This document shows, one piece after another, positions 1 through 14,633 of a stretch of DNA of 64,000 nt (positions are counted from its first letter, which is position 1; each line of letters starts with the position of its first letter). This DNA comes from the human T2T-CHM13v2.0 reference genome, Homo sapiens. The position numbers and the translations under genes are program-made. The stretch lies in the NCBI RefSeq assembly GCF_009914755.1, contig NC_060932.1; one strand, 5' to 3'. The notes under the pieces are model-generated. The model was not told where the DNA came from. It searched no databases and saw only the letters and a program-made list of their open reading frames with translations.

Positions 1-2390
1 AAATAGCTGTGGGAAAACCCCAGAGTACAATGACAATGAAGCAACCCAGTGGAGCACAAAATCCAATGATAGCCAACATAGAAAACTATAGAAAGCATTT
101 TACCTGTGCCACCCCATTTCCCAGCCTGGCACAGTCAGCACCAAGAGGGATCCTCTTGGTTCTGACTTCTACCAGTGGGGTAAACAGAGCACAATGATCC
201 CAGTGGTTTTTGCCATTGAGCCTCTGTAGTCTTTGCCAATGCTGACTCTGGTTGACAGAGCTGCCCAGAGTCCATGTTCCTGTGCCGCTCTCCAGTCCAG
301 AAGGAGCTACCACTATATCCCTTCCTTGCTCCCTATATGTGCTATACCACAGAAACTGGTGTGATTGCTGCCATGAGCATGTCCACACCTTAAACATTGG
401 TACCAGTGAAGCTCTGCACATGGCCTTCTTGGATCCCAGTACCACACCGTATGTGTGCTCATGCCCCAGACTCATGCCCCAGACTCTGGCACCACCATGT
501 GCATGCCCACACCTCAAACCTGGGCATCAAGAGAGATTGCCTCTGCTGTGACTTCCTTATGTGGGGAAAAAGGAGACTAGGAAGACCTTAGCAACCCTCA
601 CCATCACCATGGACACCCACAGCTTTGACTACCAAGGACCCCCACTGTCTTTGCTTATGCTGACCTCAGTTGACAGAGCTTCCCAGAGTCTATGCTGCTG
701 TGCCACTCCCCACCACTACTCCCACCAGAGCCAGAGCCATCACACCCCACTCACTAATGCCCTTGCATCCACCACAGATATAGGTCTTTTCATACCACAG
801 CTAGTCCACAAAGTCTGGAATAGGTGACATTTCCTTCAACTATGCAGACATTAATAAAAAGCTACAAAAAAACACAAAATATCAAGGAAACATAACCCAA
901 CTAATGGAACACAATAATTTTCCAGTAACTGAGCCCAAATAAATGAAGATCTACAAATTGCCTGAAAAAGAATTCAAAATAATTGTTTTAAAAGAATTCA
1001 ATGGGCTATAAGAGAGCACATATAGACAACCCAAGGAAATCAGAAAAACAATATATGAACAAAGAGATAGAAATTATTTTAAAAAGAACCAAACAAAAAT
1101 CCTGAAAGTGAAGAATTCAATAAATGAAATTTAAGAATTCAATAGAGAGATTCAATGGAAGACTCAATAAAGCAGAAGAAAGAATCTACAAAAATGAATA
1201 CAGAGTATTTGAAATTCTTCAGTTAGAGAAGAATAAAGTAAAAAAAGAGTGAAGAAAATCTACAGGACTTACACGATACCATAAAGCAAACCAATGTAAG
1301 CATTATGGGTATCTAAGAAGAAGACAGAAAGAAAGGGAAAGAAATCTCATTTAAAGAAATAAAAGCTGAAAACTTCCCAAATCTTGAGAAAGAAATATAC
1401 ATCAAGATTCAGGAAGCTGCAAATTTTCCAAAAATGGAGCTGAAAATTTTCAACACAAAGGAGACTACACCAAGATACATTATAATTAAATTGTCAAAAG
1501 TCAGCAACAAAGACAGAATTGTGAAAGTGACAAGAGAAAAGCAACTAATCATATATAAAGCAACCCTTAAAATGCTATCAGTAGATCTCTCAGCAAAAAC
1601 TTCGCAGGCCAAGGGAGAATAGCATGATATATCACAGCACAGAATTTAAAAAAAAAAACCGTTAATCAAAAATACTCTATCCAGCAAAATTATCTTTTAA
1701 AAATGAAGGAGAAATTGTTTTCCAAACAAAAGCTAGGGGGAATTCAACAAACACTGATGAAGGAAATTAAATAATACACATTTAAATTGAAAGATATTCT
1801 GTGTTCATGGATAGGAAGAATTAATATTGTTAAAATGTTCATACTACCCAAAGTAATCTACAGATCCAATACAATCCCTATCAAAATCATAATGGCATTT
1901 TTATATAAATAGAAGAAACAATCCTAAAATTCATATGGAACTGCAAAATATTCAAATAGCCAGAGCAATACTGAGAAAGAGCAACAGGGCTGAAAGCATC
2001 ACACTTCCTGACTTTAAAAGGTATTATAAAGCTGCAGCAATTAAAACAGTATGGTACTAGCATAAAAGCATACATATAGACCAATGGAACATAATAGAGA
2101 ACCCAGAAATAAATCCATGCATCTATGATTAACTGATCTTCGACCAGGGTACTAAGAACATACACTAGGGAAAGAATAGTTTCTTAAGTAGTGTTGGAAA
2201 ACCTAGATAGTCACATGAAGAAGAATAAAAGTGGACCCATAAGTGAGATTACATCAAAGTAAAAATATAAACTCAGAATGTAAGTTGGTACAGATATTAT
2301 GGAAAACAGTATGGAGGCTTATCAAAATGAAAAATAGGACTGCCTTATAATCCAGCAATCCCATATCTTAATATACATCCAAATAAAATA
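1..2390 (+). mobile_element. Old, degenerate LINE-1 (L1M-type): 5' UTR, ORF1 remnant, then a jump to ORF2 and 3' fragments
   Basis: ORF1-like peptide TPRYIIIKLSKVSNKDRIVKVTREKQLIIYK...LSVDLSAKTSQA (1434-1622). From ~1745 the sequence is ORF2-like (CATGGATAGGAAGAATTAATATTGTTAAAATG). Many stops and a large internal deletion. Confidence 0.85.
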
Positions 2391-2898
2391 AAATGGTCTT
2401 AGGTGATCAGATATCAATGTGCATTCCCAATTTATCTCACGCTGTTTCTGCTCATGTATCCTATGCTCTCAGAAAATCAGACTGCTTACTACTCTTCAAA
2501 TAAACTCCATACTTAGAGACCAGCATGACTTTGCTTATGGTCACTTTTACTTGGAATATAACCCTCAGGCACAATCCACGCATGCTAAAATCCTACTGCA
2601 TTTGCTGGTCCAGTTCCAATATTGATTGCTCTGAGAGTGTTTCCTGAGCCTCTGAAAATGGTCTCTACGCCTATACTCTTCTTGTTTCTCACTATTATAG
2701 CATGCTTTCACTTACAATAATTTGAATACTAGCCTTATCTTTATTCCTGGTCCCTAGCAAGAATGGAGTTTGCTATTCCTGGCATCCTCCACACCTAACA
2801 CAACAACTTGCGCATAGAAGACATTTCATACATATGTCTTGAAACAATTAGCCTAAACAAGTTAGTTTCTCAAATAAAATAATAGTTCCATTGGGTTC

Positions 2899-3385
2899 TG
2901 ATATGGTTAGGCTTTGTGTCCACACCCAAGTTTCATTTTGAATTATAATCCCCAGGTGTTGAGAGAGGAACCTGATAGGAGGTGATCTGATCATGGGGGT
3001 GGTTTTTCCTCCATGTTTTTCTCATGACAGTGAGTGAGTGGGTTCTCATGAGATCTGATGGTTTTATAGGTGTTTGGCAAGTTCTTCCTTCGCTTGCTCT
3101 TTTCTCTCTTGCTGTTCATGTGAAGAAGGTCCTTGCTTCCCTTTCACCTTCCACCATGATTGTAAGTTTCCTGAGGCCTCCCCAGCCATGTAGAACTGTG
3201 AATCAATTAAATCTCTTTCCTATATAAATTACCCAGTCTCGGAGAGTATCTTTTTTTTTTTTTTTTTTTTTTGAGATGTTGTCTCGCCCTGTCACCCAGG
3301 CTGGAGTGCAGTGGCACGATCTCGGCTCACTGCAAGCTCCACCTCGGGGAGTAACTTTATAGCAATGTGAGAACAAACTAATTCA
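2899..3385 (+). mobile_element. MaLR solo LTR (MST/THE1 family), interrupted by an Alu fragment
   Basis: Starts TGATATGGTT and ends ...CTAATTCA. 5-bp TSD GGTTC at 2894-2898 and 3386-3390. Confidence 0.85.
3251..3345 (-). mobile_element. Severely 5'-truncated AluY-like element
   Basis: T-tract followed by GAGATG...CACTGCAAGCTCC (AluY-type). Imperfect TSD CTCGGAGAGTATCTTT / CTCGGGGAGTAACTTT. Confidence 0.85.
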
Positions 3386-4237
3386 GGTTCTGTCATCTGT
3401 GCATAAATTTTCTACAGCCACCATAATGAACTGCAGTTCCTTGTTAGTAAATTAAAAGAAATTTTAAACCTAAAAAGTACAATAATACTTAAATTTCAAT
3501 TAGAGTAAATTAAACAATATTTCTTAAAAGACTTAAAGCCAAGGACATGAGGCATAACTTGATCAAGTGCATTATGACATAGAGTTGTGCAAGTGCTGAT
3601 TTTTAAAATGGGTTTTTAGTATCATTAGTCTTGTATTGGCTAAGAAACAGAATGTTATTGCATTAATAGTGGAGTGGAATTTTCAAAATCTACAATTACT
3701 ATCAAGATTTTGTCTTGTCTGGAATAATTTTATGCTTGTACCTGATATATTGTCTTTTTTTCTTTTCCCAAATGGGTCTATGTTCAGGTGTGATGACTTT
3801 GAAAGAAACTCACACTATTCATTTTAATAACAAACACCTGTAATTATAACTGCTTGAGAAGACAACATGGAGGTTGATCATTCAAAGGAGTTTTTTTAAG
3901 TTAATAATAACCAAAAGGATACATATATTTGTGAACACCTAGCACAAAGTCTGACATACAGTAGAAACTCAAGAAACATTTATTGAATAATGAGGAATGA
4001 ATGAGTGAATAAAAATAGAATCCCTATTACCTTGAACAGAAACACTAGTTAGATATTCACTTCAATGACAAAAAGGCTAACTAACTTAGAAGAGTGGAGG
4101 AAACTACCTAAGTATTAATTTTCCAAGAGTTAATGTTGTCATTAACTTCATTTATAGTCCTTAATTTTTAAAAATAATTTTAGGAAATGCTTTCAATCAG
4201 GTAAGACACTGAAGGTAAGACATAAGAATAGGCATCA

Positions 4238-4532
<295 letters not shown>

Positions 4533-6994
4533 AGAATAGGCATCATTCCAAAAAATCTATTTAAATGTACATATATGGGCTTTTGGCTACTTGTTTCTTT
4601 GACAAAACAATGCCTTTAAAAACTTCCAATATTTGCTTTAAGGAAGTTTCGTATACTAACCACCACAGCTAAAATTCTTTCCTAGAAATAATTCTCAAGC
4701 TTCATTCATGTACTTGCTTCTGTGTACCTATCCTTTTCTCTCTCTATTTAAAGCCTTATACCTTGAGGGTTCTGGCTTCAGGATGTGGGTGGGAAGATCA
4801 TATTCTTAAGCTGAATTTTTTCTACAGGCCTGGGTCTTAATGGAACTTTGTCTCTTAAAATGTCTCTTTGGCTTTTCTTTTTTTGCTCCAGATCTAAATA
4901 CAAGAGATTTTTCTAAACTTTCAAGGACCCAAATGTCTGTACTCTCTAGTTTCCATTATTTTTACATGCAAACCAGATAATTCTTTTATGATCCAGATTC
5001 TCTTTTTTATGAGACCTTAAAATAACAAAGTAAGAGTCAACACACACTACTATTCTGGCACTTTGTAAACATTTATCTTAGAATTATAAACTCAGTAGGC
5101 ATATTGAGTTTAAATTATTTTATGCAAGAGTTTTCCCAAAGTTTTGTTACTATATGACATGGGTCTCTAGCTTTCCAGTTTGTCTTCAGTTTTCTTTCAC
5201 TTGCTATCTGACTGCTAAGCCAAAGATATAGTTTTGTTTTGTTTTACATGACAACAACCCACTTCTGGTACAAGTTTTGGTGACAGTTAAAATAATGATG
5301 GCTGCATTAACAGATGAGTACTCATATCTCTGTGGATTAACAAGTTTATTTTTAAATGGGTCTTCTATCTTTTGCATCTTTCCTTCTCTGGGGACCTCGT
5401 GTCTTCTGCATTCAGCTGGCTAAAGGGGAAAATAAATAATTCTCATGTAGGATGATTTTTATCTGCTAGGGCTCATAATGGTACACATTATGGCCTTCAC
5501 ATCCCACTGGCTAGAACCAAGTCACATGGACTCACCTAACCATGATGGAGACTAGAAAAAGTAGTCTAGCTTTGTCCACACAAAGAGGAGAAAGTAAATT
5601 TGGAGATCAGAGATCCAGTCTCTGGCATGAAAAACATCTCTTAATATCCTAAGAACAAGACTTCAGGGTTACACAGTCAGAAACAACTCTGGAGTGTACC
5701 TCAGGATTAAAACAATAGAAACATTATTGTTGCCACTGGGCAGACATATTGCAGTCAGAAGTAGTGAAACTAGCCTTTCACATCGCTACTCAACAGCTGC
5801 CACTGTATCTCTGAAAACCAGATGCAGCTGTGGCCACCTTTTCCTAACTTGATTCTCTGCAGTCTCTACCTCTTTTCGCCACCCTGTCAATTGCTTCCAA
5901 TTCAGCATCCATAGAAATGCATCTGCTTGGTGGGCCTGGGTCATGTGCACAAGCCCCAGTCATAAGGGAAGCTGGAAAAGCAAGCTCTGAAATTTCCAGC
6001 TTCAGTGGAAAGTGTCAGGTTCTTCCTCAAAAGGTAGGATACTCCATAAAGGTGGGAAGAATTTTCAGACAATGAATAGCCTCCCCTCAGCCAATAGAAA
6101 AGGAGACATGTTGGTCATACCCACTATGCAGGCAGTTTGCCTGGAATTGTTGAAACCATTATATGAATCGCAGAACTATTTCAGATTTTTGGCTCGAGAC
6201 AAAAGTCTAGCAACATTTTGATCCATCTGACATTGGGAAAGTACAATCTCTTTTATAATCTGTTGAAAATCATAGGTGAGAATTGCCAGCAATGACATAA
6301 ATATGAATCAGAAATGAGAGATGCCCTGAATGAATACAATCTCTTCCCAATTTACACATGGTTGCTGTACACATTTTGAGAAAAAATAATTTTTTAAAAT
6401 TACACTTGAAGTATCTTCAGTAATTTCAGAACAGCATAGTTTAAAGAGCTCTTCAAAAAGATTTGGCTATCACACTGGCAGTGAAATTCTGAAGCATTGC
6501 CTGAGGACCAAGCAAGTGGGTCAACGTCGTTCACACGTTGAAGTAAAGATGTTTTGTGTGATGGCATCTACCTGCCTAACTGTCACGTGCTGGTGTGTTG
6601 TTCAAGGTGGAGCTTTATGAACCTGATTATGTCCAATGAGTTTTTCTTTTAACTCTTAAGGGAAATGATGACTGAGAACAGTTGATTTCACTAGGATTCA
6701 AAATAAAGAAGATGAAAAACCTATCATTTTTGAAGGAAAATGAAAATTATCAGCACCACTGAAAGAAATGGACACATCAACATTGACCCAGACCATTGAC
6801 CATTGACCCAGATATTCACCCAAACGAAAGCACCATCAGATAAATGCATAAAAATGCAAAGTGAAAGACAGGCTCTAATTAGGACACACTTTATAGGTAA
6901 AAAGATTTCTTATGACTGACAATAAGAATGCTAGTGGTTGCATGACAGTAGCATTATCTGTTGCTTTTATTGTGGGTTTTTTTTGCTTATGGGA

Positions 6995-7330
6995 GGCAGC
7001 TTAGCACAATGGTTAAGAACATTGGATCTTGATTTTCCAATTTCTACTCTGAAACCTTAGCCTCTCTGTATGCTGCAGTTTCTCCATCTGTAAAGTTGGG
7101 AAGAAAACAGTGCCTGTTTCATAGGATTATTATATGTAACTGTATTTGACAAATACCTACCATATTCTGGAGACTACTCTAAGTGCTAGGCATGCAATAA
7201 TGAGTAGAACAGGCAAAATGATCTCTGCTTCATGCAACTTACCTTCTGGGGGTTTCTAGAATCAGTGAGATAACACATAAAGCATTTAAAGAATCTTTAA
7301 CACAAAATAGGAATTCAATAAATAATAATA
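6995..7330 (+). mobile_element. MIR/L2 fragments
   Basis: MIR core-like CAGTTTCTCCATCTGTAAAGTTGGG...CATAGGATTATT plus L2-like 3' sequence. Confidence 0.55.
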
Positions 7331-8766
7331 ACATCTATTCAGTAATATCTATTATAATTCTTTATTAGTGTTCCTTCCTCTTTTTTAAATTGTTTATTAC
7401 AGTTCACACTAATGTCATATAGAACAAAAAGTAATATTTAAAAATCATCAGAACCTTTTCAACCTACTAGATTATGACTGTTTATTAGTTTTTTATGACA
7501 AAACTCACTTCAATTTTAATGTTTTTGCATTGCTCTTCAGTTCTTGAAAACCTAACAATCAAATAAATCTAGAGAAAGTACACGTTTTTTGTTAAATTGT
7601 ATTCTTCTCCTTTGCTTGATCAGGATATATCAGTAAATAATATTAAGCCCAGAATTATGCAATTATATGCTAAGAAAATATATTAAAGAGTTTAGACTAC
7701 TTTTGATTGACTGCCAAAAATCCATAAAGTTAAAAGTTACAATTTTTTTCTATTTTTTTAACCTATGAATCTCTTTCACCTTATTTTCTTAATTCCCAAT
7801 TGATATAGATGGAAATATCCCAGGAGAAGAGTGGATCAACCAAAGGAGCAAAATGCTTTCCAGGCACGGAAGAGTCATATCTATAAATTATTAGGCCGAT
7901 AGATTTCAAACACTCCACAGAGGTTTGGGAGAATCATCCATTATCATAAATTACATCCATTTTATTTAAAGTCATTACTTCAAAAAGATGTTATGTACTT
8001 TTATAAGCTTCTTTTTTTTTCTTTTTAATTAAACACATTTCCCCTAATTTATTGTGTCTGAGACATTCGTTAATTGTTGGATCTATAGATGTGGAATCAA
8101 AAATAAGTAAATGTCTTTTTTTTTGGCACATAACAGTTGGGCATGCCGGTGTCAGGACAGTGTTGGCAACTTGGGAGCATTTCACAGCGCTCTGGAGCAG
8201 ACTTTCATTTACCTCCCGCCTCCACTTTCGGAATCCCAGGAGTTAGAGATGATTAGGTAATTAACTCTCCCTCACTAGGCGGTTTCTAGAGCACTGAGTG
8301 TATTCTTAAAAATTAGATTGGTTTTGTAAAATTGATGTGATGAATCTTTTATGATTACCTTGGGAGATATTTTCTTTACTGTTCATATCAAGGAAGAAAA
8401 AGCAATTATATACACAGACACATATAGAGAGACGTTAAAGAAACTTCAGAAAGGAATATTAGATTTGCCTGTGCATTTCGATGGGCTCTAAAAAGGAATG
8501 ATTCTAAGGATCAAAGGTCAATTTTTGATTTTACAAATATAACATTAAAAATTAGTTGTAATGAGAAGAAAATTCTGATTCATCATCCAGAAGCTCATTC
8601 TCAAAGACATTTTAGTAGCAATGTCTTATTTTTTTAAATCTCAATAGTTCTTTGGCCACCATCAACTCTCCCCCTATTATTTCAGTAAGAACCTAACTGT
8701 CCTCCATGCCTTGTCACATGGTTTTGGCCACCTTAAGTCTGTTCTGTGCTATTAAAGAACAAATCA

Positions 8767-8995
<229 letters not shown>

Positions 8996-9789
8996 AAAAA
9001 TCAGATGTATTCAGTGAACTTTCACTATAGCACAAATCTGATCATAGCAGTCTTCTGCCATTGCTTTCTATTACTTATAAAGTTCAAGCTCTTTCCCCCA
9101 ACACTTTATCATCTGATTCTTGCTTACCTTCTTGTCTTCTCTCTTATCTATTGCATTGTCTCCTTCCTCACTCTAGGCTACATGCCATCTTGCAAAACTC
9201 TGAACTCTCTTACTGGTAGGCCATTGTATATGTAGTTCTTTCTCTTGGAATGTCTTTCCTCAACTTTGCCGAGCTAAATCTTATCCTTTTATGAGGAATC
9301 AGCTAAAAAGAGAACCTCCTCTAAGAAACTCTCTTACCTAAGGCTCACCTCCCTCACCCTAAAACTTGAGTAAAAAGTCTCTCAAATATGCTAAGACAGC
9401 AACACCTAATTACCTCTATCATAGTGCTTATTGAACATACTACAAAAAATTACCTGTATATTTCTCTTCCTCAGCTATTAGACTATAAGCCCCTAGGTCA
9501 GGGTCTAAGTCTTACTCTCCTTCATATCGTAAGTGCCTGGCACACCACAATGTCTCAATACACACTTACTGAAGAAAGAGTTTTTCAGCTATGTGCAAGG
9601 TATGATGCTGGATCCTACAAGCAACTGTGAGCTTTGCTACCTGTGCTGGGATGGTTAGGTTGTAATGGCCTAAGAGAACTATTTTGACCTGAATTCGGAT
9701 TAAAGAGATTGGAGAATTCTTTTCGGGTTGGTTAATTTTATGTATTAGCTTGACTGAAACATGGGGTTCTTAGATACTTGGTTAAACCT

Positions 9790-10144
9790 TTATATAGCTT
9801 GTCTGTGTCTCCATCCAACTCTCATATTAAATTGTAGTTCCCATAATCCCCACATGTCATGGAAGGGATCTGGTGGGAGGTAATTGAATCATGGGGGTGG
9901 TTACCCTCATGCTGTTCTCATGATAGTGAGTGAGTTCTGATAGTTTTCTAAGGGGCTTCCCCCTCTTCACTCAGCACTTCTCTCTCTCCTGCTGCCATGT
10001 GAAGAAGGATGTGTTTGCTTCCCCTTCTGCCGTGATTGTAAGTTCCATGAGGCCTCCCTAGCCATGCTGAACTGTGAGTCAATTAAACCTCTTTCCTTTA
10101 TAAATTACCCAGTCTTGGGTATGTCGTGAGACTAGACTAATACA
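9790..10144 (+). mobile_element. THE1/MST MaLR solo LTR nested in MLT2
   Basis: ...GTGAGTCAATTAAACCTCTTTCCTTTATAAATTACCCAGTC...ACTAATACA. 5-bp TSD AACCT at 9785-9789 and 10145-10149. Confidence 0.88.
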
Positions 10145-10556
10145 AACCTCATTCTGAGTGTGTCTGATTCTGGATGGGATTAACATTTGAGTCTGTAGCT
10201 TGAGTAAAGCAGATTACTCTGCAGGGTACTCAGATTACTTTGTAGAGTAAAGCAAATGATCTCTCCAATGTGGTTGGGCCTCAACCAGTCTGTCAGAGGC
10301 CTGAATAGAGCAAAAGGTGGAGTAAGGAAGAACTTGATCTTTTTGCCTGTTTTAAAACTGGGGCATCAGTCTTCTCCTGCACTAAGACTGGAGCTTACAC
10401 TATTGGTTCTTATGGTTCTTAGACCTTTGGGTTTGGACTGGAACTGTACCACCAGCTCTCCAGTATCTCTGACTTGTAGGTGGTAGATCATGGAACCCTC
10501 AGCCTTCATAATCACATAAGCCAATTTGTTTTAATGAGTCTCTTTTTATATACATT

Positions 10557-10867
<311 letters not shown>

Positions 10868-11189
10868 TTTTCTTTTTTCTACTGGCTTTGTTTTCCTGAA
10901 GAGCTCTGACCGATACACCTTCTCTGCAAATTTAAATTTGTTTCCAACTAGAAGCAGAAGGCAGGGTAGAATTTTTCTCCTCAAAATGTTGTAAGGACTA
11001 AAAGGAGAAAAGAGGCTCAATATCTTTTCCTAAACTCACTGTAAAATCTGGAATTCCCAGTAAGTTATTTCCCTTCAGATGCTAAACCCAGTGAAGTACA
11101 TAAATTGTTTTAATGGAGATAAAGACTTTACCATGAGGTCAAACTCTAATTCAGTTGTCAGAAAGCAACTCTATAGTGAGTGCAGTGAA

Positions 11190-11415
11190 AGAATCAGCAA
11201 AACGTTCACCATAAAGGGCCAATTAGTAAATATGTTAGGCTTTTCAGGCCATACCTATCACCTTTGTTGGTACTACTCAAACATACCTTTGTAGAGCAAA
11301 AGCAGCCATGGACAACCCTTACATAAATGGGCATGGCTGTGTTCTAATAAAACTTTACTCACAAAAACAGGTGGAGGCCAATTGTTGCCTACAGACCATA
11401 GATTGCTAACCCCTG
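11190..11415 (+). mobile_element. MER58-like hAT-Charlie DNA transposon relic, followed by a MIR fragment to ~11620
   Basis: AAAGGGCCAATTAGTAAATATGTTAGGCTTT...GGCATGGCTGTGTTCTAATAAAACTTTA...TGCTAACCCCTG. Confidence 0.75.
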
Positions 11416-12639
11416 GTGTAGTGGTTTAGATAGAGCACAGACGGTAATGTCAGAATGCCTAAACTCAAGCTCTGACTCCACCAAGTATCTGTTCTGTAAC
11501 CATGGGCAAGCCACTTAATCTCTATTAATAAAGTACCTACTTCTTAGGGCTGCTGTGAAGATTGAACACATTATGTGTCTCAGGTGTTTACGGAAGCATC
11601 TGAAACATAGCAAATGCTATAGGGGGTTATTCTTTTCAGCTCATCTACTTTGGCACCTGTAGGGGTGGAGTTTTTATACACCACCTGTTTTCTAAAAAGA
11701 ACTTAAAGTATCCTGTAATGAAGTTATAATATGTCTTATAGAAGAAAATTTTTTGTACTATTGTTGACACAATCTGGAGCTTTAAAACATGTCACTGCAA
11801 ATATTATGTAGTAATCTCATGCTTAGTAATGTACTCTGTTAGCAACAAAGAACATCTTATTGCACTAAAGACTGAGAAATTATCTTGAGAAAAAAACAGT
11901 TTAGATAACACTGGGGAAAAGAAAGTTTCAGCTTCTTCAGTGGTTAAATTTTGTCATATAACTTTTTAAGGTTTTGACACTTAGTTTTCCTCAATTACTC
12001 AATTTTTTCTTTTCTAATTCGGAATCTCCCAGTTGTTTAAACTGATAGAAAATATCTTAGTAAAAACATGATCATGTATTTATTTTTTATAAGGTCATTC
12101 ATAATCATTTCACCCTAAATTATCTTTTCTTTCCACCACTTTGATCATTTTACACTCATGAAAACTCTAAAGAAGGTTTTAATTATTCTATATACAACAT
12201 GACCAAGTGCTTCATCTTCGAGTCCCCAGCTCCCTTCAGATTTCTCAGGACCCTCCTTCACTACCCTTTACTCTCCCACTCATCTGTTCCCCTCCACCCA
12301 GATAGGGAAGCACTTCAGGCCTTTCATCTGTGCATTCCCAGGGCCTGAGCTATGTCTGGAATGTCTTCTCCCTCGCCTCTTCATAGTTCCCTCCCGTCTA
12401 TCATTTATGGAGCTTAGCAGATCACACCTTCTCCTCAGCCTTCCCAGAGTAACTGAAAATGCAGGAGTTCCCTCCCTCCTGCCTTGCCTTTAGAAGATAG
12501 GAAATTGTGCCTGCAAATGCAAGAGGGCATGCACCACAAACATGTCATACTTTTTAACTGCAGTACTCTAATCGTTGCATTTTGTGTGATTCAAATATCA
12601 TTCTTTACAGTTGTGCTCTTCATTACTGATTGCTAATTT

Positions 12640-14633
12640 AAATAAGATAGAGTTAGGAACTTGCTGTGTCCCCTGTTCGAAGAATTTGCTTTCTGGGAAC
12701 CAGGACCTCTAGATCAGAGCGTAATAAGGACAGGAGGCACAGATTCCCCAAGAAGGTTACTGGGAGTGATGGTAGTTAGTATGTGGTAAGCAGAATGGCA
12801 CCCAAATATGTCTACACTTGAGTCCCAGGAACCTGTGAATATGATGTTACATGGCAAAAGAGACTTTGCTGATCTAATTAAAGTTATAAGCCTTAAGATG
12901 AAAAGATTACCCTGGATTATTTGAGTGAACCCAATCTAATCACATGAGCCCTTAAAAACAAAAAAAAATTATCCAGCTTGAGTCAAAGAGGTGCAATAAA
13001 AGTGAAGTCAGAGAGATTTGAAGCGTGAAAGAGACTTGATCTGCCATTGCTTGACAGGGACACATGGAAAGCATGAGAGGGAATGCAGGCAGCTTCTAGG
13101 AGCCAAGACCAGCCCCAGCTAACAAGCAGCAGAGAAACACGGACCTTAGTCCTAAGACTAGAATTAAATTTGAAAGAACTAAATTTGACCAACAACATGC
13201 ATGAACTTGGAAGCGGATTCATCCCTAGAGCTTCCAGAAAGATGTACAGGCTCCCCAACACCTTGATTTCAGCTTTGTGAGACTCTAAGCAGAGACCAAG
13301 CCAAGTCTACAAGATATTTAACTTAAAGAGCTGTGAAATAATAAATGGTTATTGTTTTTAAGTTTTGGTATTTTATTATGGCAATAATAGAAAACTTATA
13401 CAATAGGCCACTCCTACTTTAAACTCTTGGCTTCCCATCTTGTGTGTTCTATCTGTTGTAAACAGAGCACCATGTAATGGTTGGTGATTTAGGGTATATT
13501 CTGTGTTACGGAAGATGGTTCCCCATCCTCACAGATCATCACAACGCTAGTGCCTCCCTACGCCTCAAGCAAGCCATTCCAATATTCTATTAGTTTGGCA
13601 GCTTCTAAGAGTGCAACATGAGATAGAACCAGCAAATCTCATATTCACATAGCCATTGTCCTACATATGCCTTCCGATAGTAGTGCTAGCTAAGACGCTA
13701 TGAGAGGGAAAGACAAACACATACCCAGAACATTTATCAATTATAATTAATTAAGAGAAACTACAGCCCCTTCCAGAATAAAAGGGTTTCAATGTAATCA
13801 ACTTGCCATTATATAGCTGGTTGGTTTCCTTAAGGGATGATGCTTCACTGGGGTCTCAGTATTTTCTTATGTCGCCAACATTGGGACATCAGCAGTTTTA
13901 GTAGCTACATCAGCCTTGCTGAGTGGGAGACCATGCTATGGTGAGCCCATGTGTAGCACCCACCCTTGCTACCGTGGATACTGCATTGATTAATCAAATG
14001 ACAGAGGCTACCTCATGTCAACCAACTGGGTTATTCTATCTACCTGGTTGTTTAGTGTGCTTTCTTAGCAGTTAATATTTTATGGGTGTTAACATGGAAC
14101 ACAAAGATAGTCTCACTTTGCAAATCCAAGAGGATCTTGGTTGATCCAAGAGGTCTAAATTAATTCTCCTACTGGTACCTCCAGACAACTGAATCCCCAA
14201 AAACCTTACTGCAAAACCTGAGTACTCACTAAGTTTATCTCCTATCTTCTGGAGCATATGTCTCACCAAGTGCTCCAACATACTTGCTATTCTTGCTTAT
14301 CTATTGCTATTAAATGGTGTCATCATTATATTGGACAATATGATGCTCTGTGGAATGTCCAGATAGTGCAAGTCCCTTTGGACTACATAGTGACAAAGGA
14401 TGGGAGTATTAACATAGCCCTAGAGCAAGACTACAAATGTATACTGTATAGGCAGCAACTAAGAGGTCCACAAAAGAGCGATTGTAGTTCCTTTGAAGGC
14501 TCTAGGCAATTGGAAATTTTTAGCACCTTTCCTTTCATTTATTGCAGCCTTTTTGTATACCCTATGTGAAAACACCAGCCCTCCGTGGAGCATATGGGAA
14601 AAGACAATCTCTGAGGTTATTGTAATTAATGAT
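12640..14633 (-). pseudogene. Degenerate ERVL-class pol relic (RT, integrase, start of dUTPase), split by an MLT1 LTR
   Basis: Manual minus-strand translation gives QYTFVVLL*GYVNTPILCH...QRDL and VQYNDD (~14320-14450; RT LPQG and YIDD homologues), PAI*WQVDYIE (~13790-13825; integrase) and LEVLVPRKQILRTGDT (~12665-12712; HERV-L dUTPase-like). Confidence 0.75.
12782..13402 (+). mobile_element. MLT1 (D/E-like) MaLR solo LTR
   Basis: TGTGGTAAGCAGAATGG...GGCAAAAGAGACTTTGCTGAT...ATAGAAAACTTATACA. Confidence 0.8.

Noticed and set aside
6781-6812. Short tandem duplications (CATTGACCCAGA; similar ones at ~10200-10260, ~14828-14870 and ~26576-26603)
   Set aside because: Ordinary slippage-type micro-duplications with no further structure.
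13741-13780. Similarity to 55123-55160 (ACTACAGCCCC plus an AT-rich motif)
   Set aside because: Only an 11-bp shared core with the other motif in a different order; compatible with chance.
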